64,000 nucleotides of DNA from an uncultured Bacteroidales bacterium (GCA_963828775.1 CAWHGX010000001.1:47415-111414), one strand, 5' to 3'. Positions 9,684 to 19,005 are shown, numbered from the stretch's first letter. The notes: generated from the sequence alone by a model not told the origin. Numbers and translations are program-made.

Positions 9684-10691
9684 TTATTTCAATCCTGAAG
9701 CAAGAAGGCCGCAGGCAGCGGATACATCTACTCCTCTCGATTTCCGTATTGAGGCTGAAATACCTGAAATAACCAGCTCATGTTTAAAATACTGCATCCT
9801 CTCCGGAGATGTGGATGTATTATCATCACCCGGAATTGAATGATAAGGCAGGAGGTTGACCCTGATCCTTGAGTCCTTCAGCAGGTTTATTAGTCCGTAA
9901 AGGTGCCTGTCAGTATCATTGATCCCTCCTATCATGACATAAGCTATGCTCATCCGCCGTTTCTTACCGGCCGGGTAGCTTTTCATAATATCAATTATCC
10001 TGTGAGCCGGATAATTCTTTTCTGCAGGAACTGCCCTGTATCTCTCCTCAGGAAAAGGCGAATACAAGCTCAGGGCAAGATTGCACTTTGAAAGTTTAAG
10101 AAATATATCTGTCCCTGAAGTAATACCGACAGTTGATACGGTAATATTTCCCGGACTAATGGCCAGGCCCCATTCAGCCGTCAGGATGTTGCATGCCTTT
10201 AACACATTATCAATATTGTCAAGAGGTTCTCCCATTCCCATAAACACTACATGGGTAACCCTGATTGGTTCTGGCAGACTGATAACCTGGTTAATTATGT
10301 CCTGAACTGATAGATTTCCCCTGAAGCCATATTTTCCGGTAACACAAAAAGGACATCCCATCCTGCAGCCCGACTGAGATGATACGCATACTGTATGTCT
10401 CTTAATATCCGGCATATAGACCGTTTCATATTCCAAACCCAGTCGATTCCTGAACAGATATTTTATTGTCCCGTCATAGGATTTTTCTGATGCAACCGGT
10501 CTAAAGATCCCGGGATAGGATCTTTCAATTAACGCCTCCCTGATCTTTTTGGATATTCCCGGAAAAAGCAGGATATCATCTATTTTCTTTTTATAAAGAC
10601 AATTAGCTATGGTATTGGCATGCGATTGATCAGTCCGGGCAAGATCCATTATCTCGACAGCAGTCAATCCGCATAAACTTGTTTTTATCAT
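9684..10691 (-). CDS. rlmN: radical SAM 23S rRNA (adenine2503-C2)-methyltransferase, RlmN family
   Basis: Radical SAM CX3CX2C motif (GCRMGCPFCVTG), FMGMGEPLDN, and a C-terminal conserved Cys (DVSAACG). About 335 aa. Confidence 0.8.
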   Translation of the reverse strand: MIKTSLCGLTAVEIMDLARTDQSHANTIANCLYKKKIDDILLFPGISKKIREALIERSYPGIFRPVASEKSYDGTIKYLFRNRLGLEYETVYMPDIKRHTVCVSSQSGCRMGCPFCVTGKYGFRGNLSVQDIINQVISLPEPIRVTHVVFMGMGEPLDNIDNVLKACNILTAEWGLAISPGNITVSTVGITSGTDIFLKLSKCNLALSLYSPFPEERYRAVPAEKNYPAHRIIDIMKSYPAGKKRRMSIAYVMIGGINDTDRHLYGLINLLKDSRIRVNLLPYHSIPGDDNTSTSPERMQYFKHELVISGISASIRKSRGVDVSAACGLLASGLK

Positions 10692-10727
10692 TATTTCTGA
10701 TATTTACAAAAATAATCCGATTATCAA

Positions 10728-10735
10728 TAACTTTG
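10728..10735 (+). promoter_or_regulatory. TAnnTTTG -7-type promoter box (TAACTTTG)
   Basis: Matches the Bacteroidota sigma-A -7 consensus TAnnTTTG. Lies 47 nt upstream of the ATG at 10782. Confidence 0.35.
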
Positions 10736-10781
10736 CAAATATCCTCATGCTTAAAAACAAACAGACAAAACAATTTATAAG

Positions 10782-12152
10782 ATGAACAGGATCAGCATAA
10801 TAGTTATCTTTTCAGCCTTCCTTTTCTCATGCAGGGGAAAGGATCATAACCAAATCTCAAAGACTATGATTACTGACAGCACAAAACAATACGGGTACAA
10901 CCTTGATTTCCTGAAAAAACATGTCGGTGTTATTGAATTGAAGAACAACAATTCAGCCTTGGTACTTGTTCCATCATGGCAGGGCAGAGTGATGACAAGT
11001 ACATCAGAGGGAGCTCACGGATTCAGCTTCGGATGGATAAACCGCGAGCTTGTTGCATCAGGAAAAGCTATGCCTCATATAAATCCATACGGAGGTGAAG
11101 AGAGGTTATGGCTTGGTCCGGAGGGAGGACAATATTCAGTCTTCTTCAAAAAGGGAGATGAATTCGTTTATGAGAACTGGCAGACTCCTGCTTTCCTTGA
11201 CACCATTCCTTTTAAGGTAACAAATGTGTCGGATTCCACTGCCTCATTTACCTATGATGCCGAAATTGAGAATTACAGCGGTACTACTATAAAACTGGGG
11301 ATTGACAGGGTGGTGACCCTGCTTACTTCCAGCCAGATAATGAATGAGACAGGTATTGACGTGACAGGAACACATTTTGTTGCCTACCGCTCTGAAAATA
11401 AACTGACAAATAATGGAGAGAGTGCATGGGAGAAAGAGTCAGGTCTTTTATCGGTCTGGATGCTTGGCATGTTCAATCCTTCTCCCGCCGTTATAGTTGT
11501 GATCCCTGTCAAATCGGGTGATGAGAAGCAATTGGGCGTTAAGGTGAACGACAATTATTTCGGCCCGATTTCAAACGACAGGCTGAAAATTTCAGGAAAC
11601 AATATTTACTTCAGGGCTGACGGGAAAAGCAGGGGAAAGATAGGGATCCCGCCATTAAGGGCAACAGGTACTCTGGGTAGTTTTGATTTTGAGAATAATA
11701 TACTTACTCTGCTGGTCTGCAAATTACCTGAAGGTGTAAAAGACTATGTCAATTCAGCCTGGCAGATACAGGATGATCCATATTCGGGTGATGCTTTGAA
11801 CTCCTATAATGATGGCCCGCTGGAGGACGGATCGCAGATGGGGCCATTCTATGAGATCGAGACATCTTCGCCTGCTGCAGCCTTAAAGCCGGGTGAAAGC
11901 ATAATCCATAGTCAGATAACGATCCATATTACCGGTGATAAAAAGCTCTTAAACAAAACTGCAGTCAGGAGCTTTGGTGTTACCCTTGATGAGATTGAAA
12001 AAGTATTTATTAAGTTATGCGGTTATGCGGTTATGCAGTTATGCGGTTATGCAGGTCTGCAGTCTAAACTGTCTGCAAACTGCACAACTGCAAAACTGCA
12101 CAACTGCACAACTGCACAACTAATTATTGAGATACCAGTCCCCTGTTTTTAA
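10782..12152 (+). CDS. hypothetical lipoprotein
   Basis: Lipobox-type signal MNRISIIVIFSAFLFSCRG. 456-aa ORF with no family recognised. The last ~45 codons are a read-through of the octamer repeat array, so the true C-terminus is uncertain. Confidence 0.55.
   Translation: MNRISIIVIFSAFLFSCRGKDHNQISKTMITDSTKQYGYNLDFLKKHVGVIELKNNNSALVLVPSWQGRVMTSTSEGAHGFSFGWINRELVASGKAMPHINPYGGEERLWLGPEGGQYSVFFKKGDEFVYENWQTPAFLDTIPFKVTNVSDSTASFTYDAEIENYSGTTIKLGIDRVVTLLTSSQIMNETGIDVTGTHFVAYRSENKLTNNGESAWEKESGLLSVWMLGMFNPSPAVIVVIPVKSGDEKQLGVKVNDNYFGPISNDRLKISGNNIYFRADGKSRGKIGIPPLRATGTLGSFDFENNILTLLVCKLPEGVKDYVNSAWQIQDDPYSGDALNSYNDGPLEDGSQMGPFYEIETSSPAAALKPGESIIHSQITIHITGDKKLLNKTAVRSFGVTLDEIEKVFIKLCGYAVMQLCGYAGLQSKLSANCTTAKLHNCTTAQLIIEIPVPCF
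12014..12119. repeat. paired octamer tandem arrays: (GTTATGCR)x5 - spacer - (CTGCAMAA)x6, imperfect inverted symmetry
   Basis: Read directly. Left array is 12014-12053, right array is 12073-12119. Lies between the convergent 3' ends of 10782-12152 (+) and dcp (-). Confidence 0.9.
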
Positions 12153-14235
12153 GGAGCGGTTCAATCTGAGGTTCACGTCCGCGGAAGTTGACATACATTT
12201 GCATTGCATCCATTGTACCGTTTTTCTCAAGTATGTTTTTTCTGTAGGATGAAGCCACAGACCTGTTGAAGATACCTTTTTCCTTAAAGGCTTCAAAGGC
12301 ATCGTTATCAAGAACGGCAGCCCAGGTATAGCTGTAGTAGCCTGAATCGTATTCCTCAATTATATGCATGAAATAGGTACTCCTGTAGCGTGAAATTATT
12401 TCAGGAATCAGTCCGATCTTATTGAAATAATCCTTTTCAAAGCTCTGGATATCAATAATTGCCGGTGCTTCAAGAGTGTGATATGCCATATCGAGCAATG
12501 AAGCGGCCAGAATCTCCACATTTATCAAAACCCTGGTTGAAATAGCTGCTGTTCTTCAATTTCCTTACCAATGAGGCAGGTATTGTTTCGCCTGTTTTAT
12601 AGTGTTTTGCATACATATTCAATACTTCCGGTTCTGCTGCCCAATGTTCCATAAGCTGGGAAGGAAGTTCAATAAAATCCCATATCTCATAGATCTGATT
12701 ATAGGTATTCTGTCTGAACAGGAAATCCAGTGCATGTCCAAACTCGTGAAAGAGCGTGGAAACTTCATCCATATTGAGAAGGGCTGGTGTTTCTCCGCCC
12801 GGACGGGTAAAATTGAAAACTGTTGTAACAACAGGTGTAACAGCTTTCCCGTCAAGTATATGATGACTGCGGTATGTTATGCACCAGGCTCCCTGCCGCT
12901 TGCTGTCGCGGGGGTGAAAATCCAGATAAAGAACGCCGATGTGTGCACCTGTAGAATCCTTAACCTCAAATGCTTCTGCCTCAGGATGAGGAAGAGGACA
13001 GCCTGCAATCGGCAAAAAGGTAATTCCAAATAATTTAGTTGCACAGGCAAATACGCCTTCGCGTACATTGTCAAGCTTAAAGTATGGTCTGAGTTCACTG
13101 TCATTCAGGTCATATTTCTGTTTCCTTAGTTTTTCGGCATAGTACCACCAGTCGGATGGTTCAAGTTTGAAATTTCCGCCTTCCCTGTCGATTATTTTCT
13201 GCATCTCCCCCACTTCATTCTTTGCCACCGGCATTGCTTTTTCCCAGAGACTGTTAAGCAGGTTAAATACATTTTCAGGTTTTTTGGCCATCCTTGGTTC
13301 CAGAACATAGTCTGAATGTGTTTTGTAACCAAGAAGCCTGTGCCCGTTGGGCACGAAGCTTTACTATATCGGCAAGAATCTTGTTATTGTCAAATTCATT
13401 CCCATTATTACCCCTGTTTATATAAGCATTGAAGATCTGACGCCGCAGATCTCTGTCCGGTGAGCTCTGAAGAAAAGGGAAAATACTTGGCCGCTGAGTG
13501 GTGAAAGCCCATTTTCCTTCCTCTCCGGCAGCTTTGGCGACCTCAGCTGCTGATGTTACGAGAGATTCAGGCAGACCTGTCAGTCCGTCCTTATCCACAA
13601 ATAGCCTGTAATTGTTGATCTCAGCCAGGACATTCTGATTGAACTTTACTGTAAGCACTGAAAGTTCCTGATTAATCTTTTTAAGAGTGTCCTGATCCTG
13701 CTTGCCGAGATTGGCTCCGTTCCTGACAAATCCCTTGTACAGGTTTTCAAGAAGGAATTTCTGTTCCGGATTCAGATTGAATTTGGACCTGGTTATCATA
13801 AACATATTTTACTTTTTTAAAGAGATCAGGATTAAGATTTATTTCATCCCTGAAGGCGGCAAGCTTAGGTGAAATTTCCACTTCGAGATTCTGCAGGGAA
13901 TCATTTGTGTTGGCCTCAGTCTGGCCTAAAAAAACAGATGAAACCTTCTTTAGCAGATCACCACTCTTATCAAGTTGCTCAATTGTATTTTCAAAGGTCG
14001 GTTCCTGTTTGTTTTTTATCAAGGCTTCGATCTCTTTACGAGCCTCTGCAATTCCTTTTTCAATTGCAGGCATATAATGTTTTGCCATTATTTTTTCAAA
14101 TGGCGGAACATTGAAAGGAGTATTGTATTCTGAGAAAAAAGGATTTGTCGAATCTACCTCAGGCTGATTCCTGCAGGAACTAAAAATGAGTGTTGACAAT
14201 CCAATAATCAATAGCATTTTAAACAGGTTTTTCAC
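12124..14235 (-). pseudogene. dcp: M3 family peptidyl-dipeptidase (Dcp-like), split into four ORFs by three frameshifts
   Basis: ORFs 13747-14235, 13275-13805, 12470-13354 and 12124-12528 read as one M3 peptidase. It has a lipoprotein signal (MKNLFKMLLIIGLSTLIFSSC), the zinc motif HEFGHALD, and a C-terminal FRGREPQIEPLLKNRGL. Confidence 0.8.
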
Positions 14236-14328
14236 AATTATTATTTTAGTTATTTATTAATTTTCTGATCCTTATGCAAAATAAGCTTATAAAAACTTCA
14301 ATTAAAAGAAATATGGTTGATTTTTTGT

Positions 14329-14384
14329 GGTACGAGGTAAGAGGTTCGGGGCGTGTGGTGTCGCTATTTTGGATTGCGGATTTA
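14329..14384. repeat. degenerate GG-phased heptad tract (GGTACGA GGTAAGA GGTTCGG GGCGTGT GGTGTCG ... GGATTGC GGATTTA)
   Basis: GG recurs every 7 nt at 14329, 36, 43, 50, 57, 71 and 78 (phase kept across 14364-14370). Lies in the divergent region between dcp and the tRNA-Ser promoter. Confidence 0.4.
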
Positions 14385-14404
14385 ATACTGAGTTAAATAA
14401 TTGT

Positions 14405-14412
14405 TATTTTTG
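14405..14412 (+). promoter_or_regulatory. TAnnTTTG -7-type promoter box (TATTTTTG) for the tRNA-Ser(CGA) transcript
   Basis: Identical octamer to the box upstream of the second tRNA-Ser (20792-20799). Lies about 10 nt before the first tRNA-like 5' copy. Confidence 0.4.
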
Positions 14413-14421
14413 ACCAATTTT

Positions 14422-14553
14422 GGAGAGATGGCCCCGCTATGAGCAAAAGATGAATCGGTGTGGCGTTAAAAGTTCCCCTCCCTGGAGGGGTTAGGGGTGG
14501 GTTTTATTTTTTAAGGAGAGATGGTCCCGCCATAGCGGGATGGTGAATGCGGC
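14422..14553 (+). other. two tandem partial 5'-half copies of tRNA-Ser in the tRNA leader
   Basis: Copy a is 14422-14465. Copy b is 14515-14553: GGAGAGATGG, then hairpin TCCCGC-CATA-GCGGGA, then TGGTGAATGCGGC. Both begin with the exact first 10 nt of the mature tRNA and lack the T arm and 3' acceptor strand. Confidence 0.7.
14475..14501 (+). repeat. GC-rich element CCCCTCCCTGGAGGGGTTAGGGGTGGG followed by a T-run
   Basis: Hairpin CCCCTC-CCTG-GAGGGG, then GGGGTGGG. Two related copies in inverted orientation occur at 44791-44873. Confidence 0.6.
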
Positions 14554-14564
14554 TAAATAATATT

Positions 14565-14653
14565 GGAGAGATGGCAGAGTGGTCGAATGCGGCGGTCTCG
14601 AAAACCGTTGTCCCGCAATCGCGGGACCGGGGGTTCGAACCCCCCTCTCTCCG
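14565..14653 (+). tRNA. tRNA-Ser(CGA)
   Basis: Hand-folded cloverleaf. Acceptor GGAGAGA/TCTCTCC, anticodon stem GCGGT/ACCGT with loop CTCGAAA, long variable arm GTCCCGC-AATC-GCGGGAC, T arm GGGGG-TTCGAAC-CCCCC, discriminator G. CCA is not encoded. Confidence 0.9.
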
Positions 14654-14779
14654 CAAAGCTTGCATAAATCCCACTCCCAGGTGGGATTATTTATTTTTAT
14701 GAAGTTTGGAAGAAAACTTGTTTTCTGAATGAACTGAAATAAAAATAAATAAAAATCCGAAGGATTTATGCAAGCTTTG
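14654..14779 (+). repeat. perfect 18-bp inverted repeat flanking the tRNA terminator (CAAAGCTTGCATAAATCC / GGATTTATGCAAGCTTTG)
   Basis: Arms at 14654-14671 and 14762-14779 are exact reverse complements. Confidence 0.9.
14667..14700 (+). terminator. intrinsic terminator of tRNA-Ser(CGA)
   Basis: AATCCCAC-TCCCAG-GTGGGATT followed by ATTTATTTTTAT. Confidence 0.7.
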
Positions 14780-14780
14780 T

Positions 14781-14816
14781 AGGATCTCCCAAAAGGGCTC
14801 GCCGAAGGCAACCCCC
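14781..14816 (+). other. conserved tRNA-Ser-downstream motif AGGATCTCCC-N4-GGG-N-TCGCCGAAGGCAA-N-CCCC (copy 1)
   Basis: 30 of 36 positions are identical to 21124-21159. Contains the mini-hairpin GCC-GAA-GGC. Ends at the nupC stop codon. Confidence 0.6.
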
Positions 14817-14817
14817 G

Positions 14818-16095
14818 CTACAGCAGTATTCCCGCCAGAGAGGCCGAAATATATGAAGCCATGGTGCCGCAGATCATTGCCTTGAATCCCAGTCTCGCCA
14901 GATCTGCTTTACGGTTTGGTACCATAACGCCGATCCCTCCGAGCTGAATTGCAATCGAGCTGAAATTTGCAAAACCGCATAAGGCGAAGCTGGCTATAAC
15001 TATCGATTTTGCACTAAGTACGCCCTGCTGTATCATCGGTGAAAGGTCTGAATAAGCAACAAATTCATTAATTACCATCTTTGTACCCATTAATGAACCT
15101 ACCTCGAATGATTCCGATACCGGAACTCCCATAACAATTGCGAACAATGAAAAGAATGCTCCGAACACATCTTTCAGCCTCAGATTATCAACATCGAGGC
15201 CAATAAAATCGAGAGATAAACCAGTCCAGCCCAGGAAAAGACCAAAGTATCCAAGGAGAGCATCAATCAGGGCAACAAGAGCTATCACACCGATCAGCAT
15301 GGCAATTACATTTATGGATATTGCCATCCCATCAGTTGCACCGTGGGATATTGCATCCATGATGTTGGTATGTTGTTTTTTAACCTCAAGCTTTACAACA
15401 CCTTTCGTTTCAGACTGCTGAGTCTCGGGGAACACTATCTTAGAAATTACGAGTGCTCCGGGTGCAGCCATAAGGCTTGCGGCCAGACAGATAGGATGCC
15501 GGAACTCCCATAGAAATATATACTGCCATAACGCCCCCTGCAATACATGCCATACTTCCTGTCATCGAAGCAAGCAGTTCAGACATCGTCATCCCGGAAA
15601 GATATGGCCGTATCATTATCTGAGCTTCAACCTGACCAACAAACGCACTTGCAACATTTGACAGGGCTTCGCTCCCGCTTACTCTCATTGCCCAGTGAAC
15701 AAACCGTGCGAGAACGCTACAATCCTTTGCATCAGACCGACATGATATGCCATTGATACCAGGACACAGACAAATATTATGGTAGGGATAAGTATAAACA
15801 GAAAAACACCTGCGCTTACAATACCTGGCGGAAGTATCTGTGAAATTTTTGTCAGGTCGCCAAAAACAAATAATCCTCCCTCCTGTGAAAAATCCAGAAG
15901 CTTGTTTATTGCTTTTCCGAGAAAGGCAAAAATATCCTGACCGATCGGGACTTTTAAAATAAAGATGGCCAGGGCAATCTGGAGCAAAAGACCGGTTATT
16001 ACAAGACGCAAATTAATTGCTTTCCTGTTATTCGACCATAAATATGCCAGACCCAGAATTACAATTATTCCGATAATACCAGTAAATCGTGCCAT
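14818..16095 (-). pseudogene. nupC: NupC/CNT family nucleoside transporter, split into three ORFs
   Basis: ORFs 15685-16095, 15440-15688 and 14818-15543 are colinear with CNT transporters (RVSGSEALSNVASAFVGQVEAQ, NEFVAYSDL, FANFSSIAIQLGGIG). Two frame changes. Confidence 0.8.
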
Positions 16096-16175
16096 GTAAG
16101 ATTGAATTAGTTTTGAGTCGGATTCAAACCTACATTTTTTTTCAATTCAAAAGTATGCTTTAAGGGAAAAAGATG

Positions 16176-16982
16176 CTACATATAAACAGCAATCTGACCA
16201 TGCCTTGGTACCGCCCTGTAGAGGATCTTGGCATCTGCCTTTGGAAGGCGTATTTTGATGAATGGATGATATTCAGGCACTTTAAATCTGGCAATACTTT
16301 TCAGTGTAGCTCCAGGTATTCTTAGTCTGTTATTCAGATCAAAAAAGAAAAGATTGTTTTTATCAGCTCGTTATTGTATCTGTATCCTGGTAGACAAATA
16401 TCCTTATTCCGTTATCCATTTCAAGAATATAATTAACAGGTTCATAATCTGAAGTGTCAGGAATAATATCAGGTTTGAATTCAGAGGTATCTTTTGGAGC
16501 CATTTTTATCATTAGAGGCTCTTTTTTTATGGTAGCAATATCATTTACAATCGTCATTGGGGAAGACAGCATTGAATGAAATTAGCATAATTCATTCCCC
16601 GATCGTCAGTATTTTGCTTATTTTCAAATCATTCAATCTTTGCAGAATGAACAGCGACACCACTTATTTCAAGATTTGCAGTACTGTCAGCAAGATTGAG
16701 GGTTATATAAACAGAATCGGTTTCAGCCATACTTATCCTTGACTGAAGAAAAGCTTTTTCTTTACAGAATGCTCAGATAGGCAGAATCAGTATAAAATTT
16801 TTCATCAGCTCTTGTTTTCTCGAATTCTGCTGCAATCCGAACTTTGCTTCTGATTTCATCCAGCTTCTTGGCCGGAGCTCAGTAGCTGACATTATGCTGT
16901 AATAAACAAGAAAAAACAGCAACAAATGATCCCGGATAATGATCAGGCACTGTTTTTTTCCCGTGTAAGCCTTTCTTTTCAT
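16176..16982 (-). pseudogene. degraded L,D-transpeptidase-like paralog (several frameshifts plus an in-frame TGA)
   Basis: Pieces are a TM segment (16773-16982), MAETDSVYITLNLADSTANLEISGVAVHSAKIE (from 16730), ORF 16363-16572, and a tail ...YHPFIKIRLPKADAKILYRAV ending at TAG 16176-16178. Layout parallels the neighbouring YkuD gene, but the catalytic Cys position is not preserved. Confidence 0.35.
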
Positions 16983-17014
16983 TAGTTTCCATAAAGTCTG
17001 ATATTTACTTCAGA

Positions 17015-17846
17015 TCAGAAAATATAAACTTTGGAACCAATATTCAGAGTACTGTAAATTGCTTCAAGATCTTCATCATTCAAGTCTTACACATCCATGA
17101 GTCACAGGCATTCCCAGAAAACGCTTATAAATAGTCCCATGAATCAGATAACCATCACCAATACTCCAGGGCATAATCACCCAGTACACCATATTCCCAT
17201 CTTGAAGGATCATCCTTTGGAGGGACAGGCAAGCCCTCTTCAACAAATGCCCAGTCAGGCTTTTTCCAGACTGGATTAGTTCTCTTTCCCTGTATCCAGA
17301 ATTTTCCTTTTGGTGTCTTGAAAATCCATTTTCTTTCACCTCTCAGTCTGTAAGCATTGTATAGCTTCCTGAACTGCAAAATCCTTCCCTTATAAGCTTT
17401 TTATTCCTGTAAAGAAAGAACCTGTTATCAGTCGTGTTTATTACAATGTATGACTGTCCTGATGTATATGATGAATATTTTTTCGAAAGCCGCTGAATAT
17501 CTCTTGATAGAGTGCAGATCTGTTTTTTGTAATTCTGATCATTTTTTAATTCCGGATCGCTGGTCAACCTTGTTTTTCCTCCTGAGGATAGCTCCTGGAA
17601 TCCCGGAACAAAATAAAGCACAAAAACAAATACAAATAATGCGACAAGAACTGCTATCAGACTCCGGAGTGTGATCCGGAGAGAATTCATGAGCCTTTTA
17701 TTCTCTTTTGCCTGCTGAAAGAATGATAAGATCAATCCGGATAGATTGCCGGCAGACGGTTTGTCAGAGTTACCCTGGTCATGGGAAGCCTCAGGGATTG
17801 GATCGGATGGAGTTATTGTATTATTTTCCATAGATTGTGTTTTCAA
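17015..17846 (-). pseudogene. L,D-transpeptidase (YkuD domain), split by three frameshifts
   Basis: ORFs 17343-17846 (N-terminus plus TM), 17155-17379 and 17076-17339 carry the catalytic motif LIHGT...THGCVRL. The C-terminal NDEDLEAIYSTLNIGSKVYIF is in yet another frame and ends at 17015. Confidence 0.7.
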
Positions 17847-18958
17847 TCCAGAATCTGGTCAATATTTACTATCGAGCCGACAATTGTTACAGGAGTACCC
17901 TCCATCGCAATTTTATAAACAACATCCATTTCTGAATCAGTAAGAGCGATACAACCTTCTGTCCAGTCAACACCTCTTCCGCCGTCTCCGTGGATTTCGA
18001 TCAGGCTGCCGATTTTAGCTGACCGTGGCAGGGTGCCTTTTGCAATTTCCTTCTTAAATTCTTCTCTGTCAGTCTCGTTTGGATAGTTTATCAGCAGTGC
18101 CTTGTGGTATTTTGTCTTATTACTGCCAAATTTCTTCACGATCTTGTACATCCCTTCAGGAGTGGCTTTGTCGCCTTTTACCCTTTTGTCACCTACCCAG
18201 TTTTTACCCAGCTCCACATGATATTCATATTTTTTAGTTCCGCCATGATAAACCAGACATTTTCGCGAATATTTATCAATTATGATTGAGTAATTCTGGT
18301 TTTGTCTTGATTCCCTGATGGTCCTGTCCACCCAGTTTTTCCAGACAGGATAAGAGTTAAAATACTCCTTCAGGTTGGTTTTTGCCTTTTCGTATGAATC
18401 AGTAAGAAGCAATTCAGAATCGGCGATCTTAATCTTTGCCTGGGCATATTGTCCTTTCCTGTAGGCAACCTCCGATTCCTTCAGAAGCATCTTTCCTCTT
18501 GAGATCCGGTTCCAAACCTCGGCGGACAAGGGGTAAGAAGTGAATATCTTATCGATCTGGCCTGCAATATTGTTAAGGTTTTCAATTTTTTGCTTCAGGA
18601 ATATATTCAGATCCACCTCACTGTTCCTGGATATTTTCGCTGCCTGTCTGGCCTTTCTGGCAGAGAGGTCCGCAAGACGGACAACCTCTTCATAGTTCCT
18701 GAAATAAATAAACCTTTTATTCTCTTCCTGCCATTTGATCATGGCAGAATCGTAAAATGACTTTGCCTCGCGGTACAGCTTCTTCGAATAAGTATCGGCG
18801 TTGTTTGATGCAGCTTCTGAAAGAGCAATCCTTGCATCCTCCACTTTTTCCTGAGGAGGTTGCGGGACCAACCTGATCAGCATTATGATTATCACAGGAA
18901 CCAGTGCCAGGATTACAGCAAGTATTATTATTCTCTTCCAGGATTTCTTGATTCTCAT
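17843..18958 (-). CDS. L,D-transpeptidase family protein with N-terminal TM and helical domain
   Basis: TM segment IIILAVILALVPVIIIMLI, a long helical region, and a C-terminal YkuD-like motif IEIHGDGGRGVDWTEGCIALTDSEMD. Confidence 0.7.
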   Translation of the reverse strand: MRIKKSWKRIIILAVILALVPVIIIMLIRLVPQPPQEKVEDARIALSEAASNNADTYSKKLYREAKSFYDSAMIKWQEENKRFIYFRNYEEVVRLADLSARKARQAAKISRNSEVDLNIFLKQKIENLNNIAGQIDKIFTSYPLSAEVWNRISRGKMLLKESEVAYRKGQYAQAKIKIADSELLLTDSYEKAKTNLKEYFNSYPVWKNWVDRTIRESRQNQNYSIIIDKYSRKCLVYHGGTKKYEYHVELGKNWVGDKRVKGDKATPEGMYKIVKKFGSNKTKYHKALLINYPNETDREEFKKEIAKGTLPRSAKIGSLIEIHGDGGRGVDWTEGCIALTDSEMDVVYKIAMEGTPVTIVGSIVNIDQILD

Positions 18959-18971
18959 CCGCCTTAACCTT

Positions 18972-19005
18972 AAAAAAAACCCCGGGAAAACCCGGGGATT
19001 TTTTA
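18972..19005. terminator. bidirectional intrinsic terminator
   Basis: CCCCGGG-AAAA-CCCGGGG (18980-18997) is flanked by A8 upstream and T-rich sequence downstream. On the minus strand it follows the stop of 19027-19623. Confidence 0.7.

Noticed and set aside
12602-13033. 143-aa ORF antisense to the Dcp-like peptidase
   Set aside because: Cys-rich nonsense-like translation opposite the HEFGH-containing fragment.
12124-14235. Programmed ribosomal frameshifting as the explanation for the split genes
   Set aside because: The junctions share no slippery heptamer or downstream structure. They occur in unrelated genes that are single ORFs in other bacteria, and several genes need 3-4 shifts.
14491-14811. 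106-aa minus-strand ORF spanning tRNA-Ser(CGA); likewise ORFs 20866-21087, 20991-21191 and 21019-21216 around tRNA-Ser(GCT)
   Set aside because: They overlap hand-folded tRNAs, terminators and repeats. The open frames are a by-product of structured GC-rich sequence.
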